Part shown: positions 37,940 through 39,637 of the stretch, piece after piece
Numbering within the stretch: position 1 is the stretch's first letter
Layout: each line of letters opens with the position of its first letter
Virus record (IMG/VR): IMGVR_UViG_3300009826_000009
Span: 1 to 39,637 of that record
From: a virus
Strand: one strand, 5' to 3'
Length of the DNA: 39,637 nucleotides
Notes under the pieces: generated by a model
Seen by the model: only the letters and a program-made list of their open reading frames with translations
What the model was told of the DNA's origin: nothing
The model's database searches: none
Made by a program: the position numbers and the translations under genes

Positions 37940-39292
37940 CTAGGCCTCGACCTTGTCGAGGATGACGCTGGTCGGGTTGAGCCCCGGCCGGGCCGCCGCC
38001 ACGAGCTCCTCGAGCTGCTCCAGCGCGGCCACGGGCGGGCGCATGTCATCTGCGCTCTTGAGATCGGGCGCCTCCTGGCCGGCGTCGGTCAAGTGGCGCT
38101 TGAGGTGGTTGTAGACGCCCTGGCGATCGCCCGAGGGGATCGTGGTGCCGCCGCGCGCGCCGTTGAGCACGCCGATCCCGGTCGAGCACGCCCTGGTGGA
38201 TGCTGCACCGACCGTGCCGTCGCTCGACACAAAGTGGTGGATGAACCGGTAGGAGGCCTTCACGTCCGGATCGCCGTCGGAGTCCACCCAGGCGAACGCC
38301 CGACGGTAGGTCGCCTCGCCGGCGTCGTTGGACAGATTGGCCTCGTTGGCAGGACCGTCCCACGCGTCCTCGCTGGTCCCGGTGGAGTGCGACGGGATCG
38401 GCCCGGCGTACAGCGCCGCCGGCGCGGCGAACTGCTTGACCTTCGCGCGCCCTGAGCCCAGGCGCCCGATCGTCTCCGACATCGTCGCGACCCGATCCAC
38501 CAGGCCTGCCTTCTGCGCGCGCTGGGCCAGGTAGCAGCGCCCACCGCCGAACGCGCTGCCGTCCGCCGGCGGCGGCTCGATTCCGCGGCCCTTGGCGACA
38601 TCGGCCACGAACATCGCATACAGGTCATCCACCGTCTCCTGCATCGCGGCTGCCGCCTCTGGGTTCAGCGGCTCGAAGCGGTTGCCGTCGACCTTCTGAT
38701 CGCCGGCGGAGATGATGGTCGGCTTGACGCCCTCCTGCGCGAAGAACTCCGATTCGTCGTAGTGGATCTCATAGACCCCCACGCTGCCCACCTGCCCCGA
38801 CGGCGTGGCGATCACTTCATGCGCCTGGCTGGCCAACCAGTAGGCGGCGGATGCGCAGAAGGTGTTGGCGACGGCGACGATCGGCTTCGAGTTTCGCTCG
38901 CGCATGTCGCGGATCTGCGCCGCGGTCTCGGGCACCAGGTCCACGAGGCCGCCCGGGCTGTCGATATCGAGCACGACCGCGCTGGTGTCCGGGTCGCCCA
39001 GCGCAGCGGCGAGATCCTCCACGAAGATGCTCAGTCCCCCGCCGCCTTCGCCGAAGAGCAGCGACAAGAGGCTCGGCCAGGGGCGAATGATGCCCTGGAG
39101 CGCCACGACAGACACACCGCGCACGTTGCGCGGGCCGCCGCGGCGCGCCTGCACGTCCGATGCGAGCAGGTCGACGTCGAGCTCACAGAGCCGTTCGAGC
39201 ACGGCGCGGTCCAGCGCCCAGCCGCGATTGCCGAGCACGCCCAGCATGGCCCTCAGCGCGATCGCGCGCCGCTCGTCGTTCCCATCACTCAT
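37940..39292 (-). CDS. Head maturation protease (S49/ClpP-like) with an additional ~165-aa C-terminal domain
   Basis: 450 aa; ..VVLDIDSPGG..CASAAYWLASQA..GSVGV.. S49 pattern; the C-terminal part contains KASYRFIHHF...GVLNGARGGTTIP...VYNHLKRHL. Confidence 0.85.
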   Translation of the reverse strand: MSDGNDERRAIALRAMLGVLGNRGWALDRAVLERLCELDVDLLASDVQARRGGPRNVRGVSVVALQGIIRPWPSLLSLLFGEGGGGLSIFVEDLAAALGDPDTSAVVLDIDSPGGLVDLVPETAAQIRDMRERNSKPIVAVANTFCASAAYWLASQAHEVIATPSGQVGSVGVYEIHYDESEFFAQEGVKPTIISAGDQKVDGNRFEPLNPEAAAAMQETVDDLYAMFVADVAKGRGIEPPPADGSAFGGGRCYLAQRAQKAGLVDRVATMSETIGRLGSGRAKVKQFAAPAALYAGPIPSHSTGTSEDAWDGPANEANLSNDAGEATYRRAFAWVDSDGDPDVKASYRFIHHFVSSDGTVGAASTRACSTGIGVLNGARGGTTIPSGDRQGVYNHLKRHLTDAGQEAPDLKSADDMRPPVAALEQLEELVAAARPGLNPTSVILDKVEA

Positions 39293-39316
39293 CGTGGATC
39301 CTCCTGTGTTCGTGGA

Positions 39317-39637
39317 TCATGCCGCGACCGGCTCCTCCATCAGCTCTGCGACCAGCAGCTCGGCCGCCGGCTCGGCGTCGCCGAAGTACTGCGCCAGCGC
39401 CCGCTCGGGATCCTCGGCGCTGAGCGCCGAGAACACGCCGTTGCGGGTGCGGTCCAAAATCTTGGCCGTCAGCTCCTCCGCACCCTCAGTGAGGCCGACG
39501 CCCTCCAGGTCTGAGAGCAGCTCGCGCGCCCAGCGCTCCGGTTGCCACACGGTGGCGATCTCGCGCGTGCCCTCCCGGACCTCGTGCCAGCGCCCGAGCG
39601 TTGCGCGCGCGCAACGCTCGAGGAAGCGCGCGACGGC
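39317..39637 (-). CDS. Portal protein, C-terminal segment (39515-39637 duplicates 1-123)
   Basis: In frame with the open frame leaving the window at nt 1; stop at 39317. Confidence 0.85.
   Translation of the reverse strand, partial: AVARFLERCARATLGRWHEVREGTREIATVWQPERWARELLSDLEGVGLTEGAEELTAKILDRTRNGVFSALSAEDPERALAQYFGDAEPAAELLVAELMEEPVAA
39515..39637. repeat. Terminal redundancy, copy 2 (identical to 1-123)
   Basis: Read directly. Confidence 0.97.

Larger units (their letters stand above)
1..39514. mobile_element. Complete, circularly closed temperate siphovirus genome (HK97-like morphogenesis module, integrase-type lysogeny)
   Basis: Contiguous packaging, head, tail, lysis, immunity, replication and integration modules; the window ends overlap by an exact 123 nt. 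Confidence 0.85.

Noticed and set aside
1-39637. Reading the 123-nt terminal repeat as evidence for a DTR packaging strategy.
   Set aside because: An identical short overlap at contig ends is the standard signature of a circular assembly. The HNH plus P27 terS pair points to cos packaging, so no packaging claim is made from the repeat.

Overview
High-GC (~70%) window that is a circularly closed phage genome: nt 1-123 recur exactly at 39515-39637, giving a 39,514-bp unit. The gene content is that of a temperate HK97-like siphovirus. The host is probably a high-GC Gram-positive or actinobacterial-type bacterium (inference from GC, leaderless-type promoters and an amidase+PG-binding endolysin). 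There are about 60 genes, all but three on the minus strand. Most are translationally coupled by ATGA, GTGA or TGATG overlaps, or by a recurrent 8-nt ATGCCTGA overlap. Morphogenesis and lysis genes, read in the minus direction from the presumed cos region (~4640-5019): terS; a 250-nt hairpin-rich spacer; terL; two small ORFs; portal (spans the circular junction); S49 protease with an extra C-terminal domain; HK97-fold major capsid protein; connector, closure, gp10 and terminator proteins; major tail protein; G/G-T chaperones with a GGGAAAC -1 slippery site; a 1458-aa tape measure with M15-like peptidase and SLT domains; Dit; two minor tail proteins; three collagen-like/collar fibre genes; a holin-like protein; an amidase endolysin. 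Next comes a low-GC immunity switch (divergent HTH genes, 20991-21994). The early operon follows: small membrane peptides, C5-MTase, annealase-like and SSB-like proteins, Prim-Pol, an ori-like AT-rich palindromic spacer, an Hjc-like resolvase, and a low-GC island with a 367-aa coiled-coil protein. After that come xis-int and an attP-like tRNA-Gly(GCC) 3' fragment flanked by arm-type repeats. The accessory arm (10523 down to 5020) carries an uncharacterised 4-gene cassette, an opposite-strand RlpA/DPBB-like secreted protein with an in-frame TAG, two toxin-antitoxin cassettes sharing a duplicated promoter and a duplicated RHH module, and an HNH-P-loop kinase fusion. No rRNA, complete tRNA, CRISPR array, reverse transcriptase or helicase was seen. 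All functional calls come from motif recognition by eye and gene order, not from database searches.
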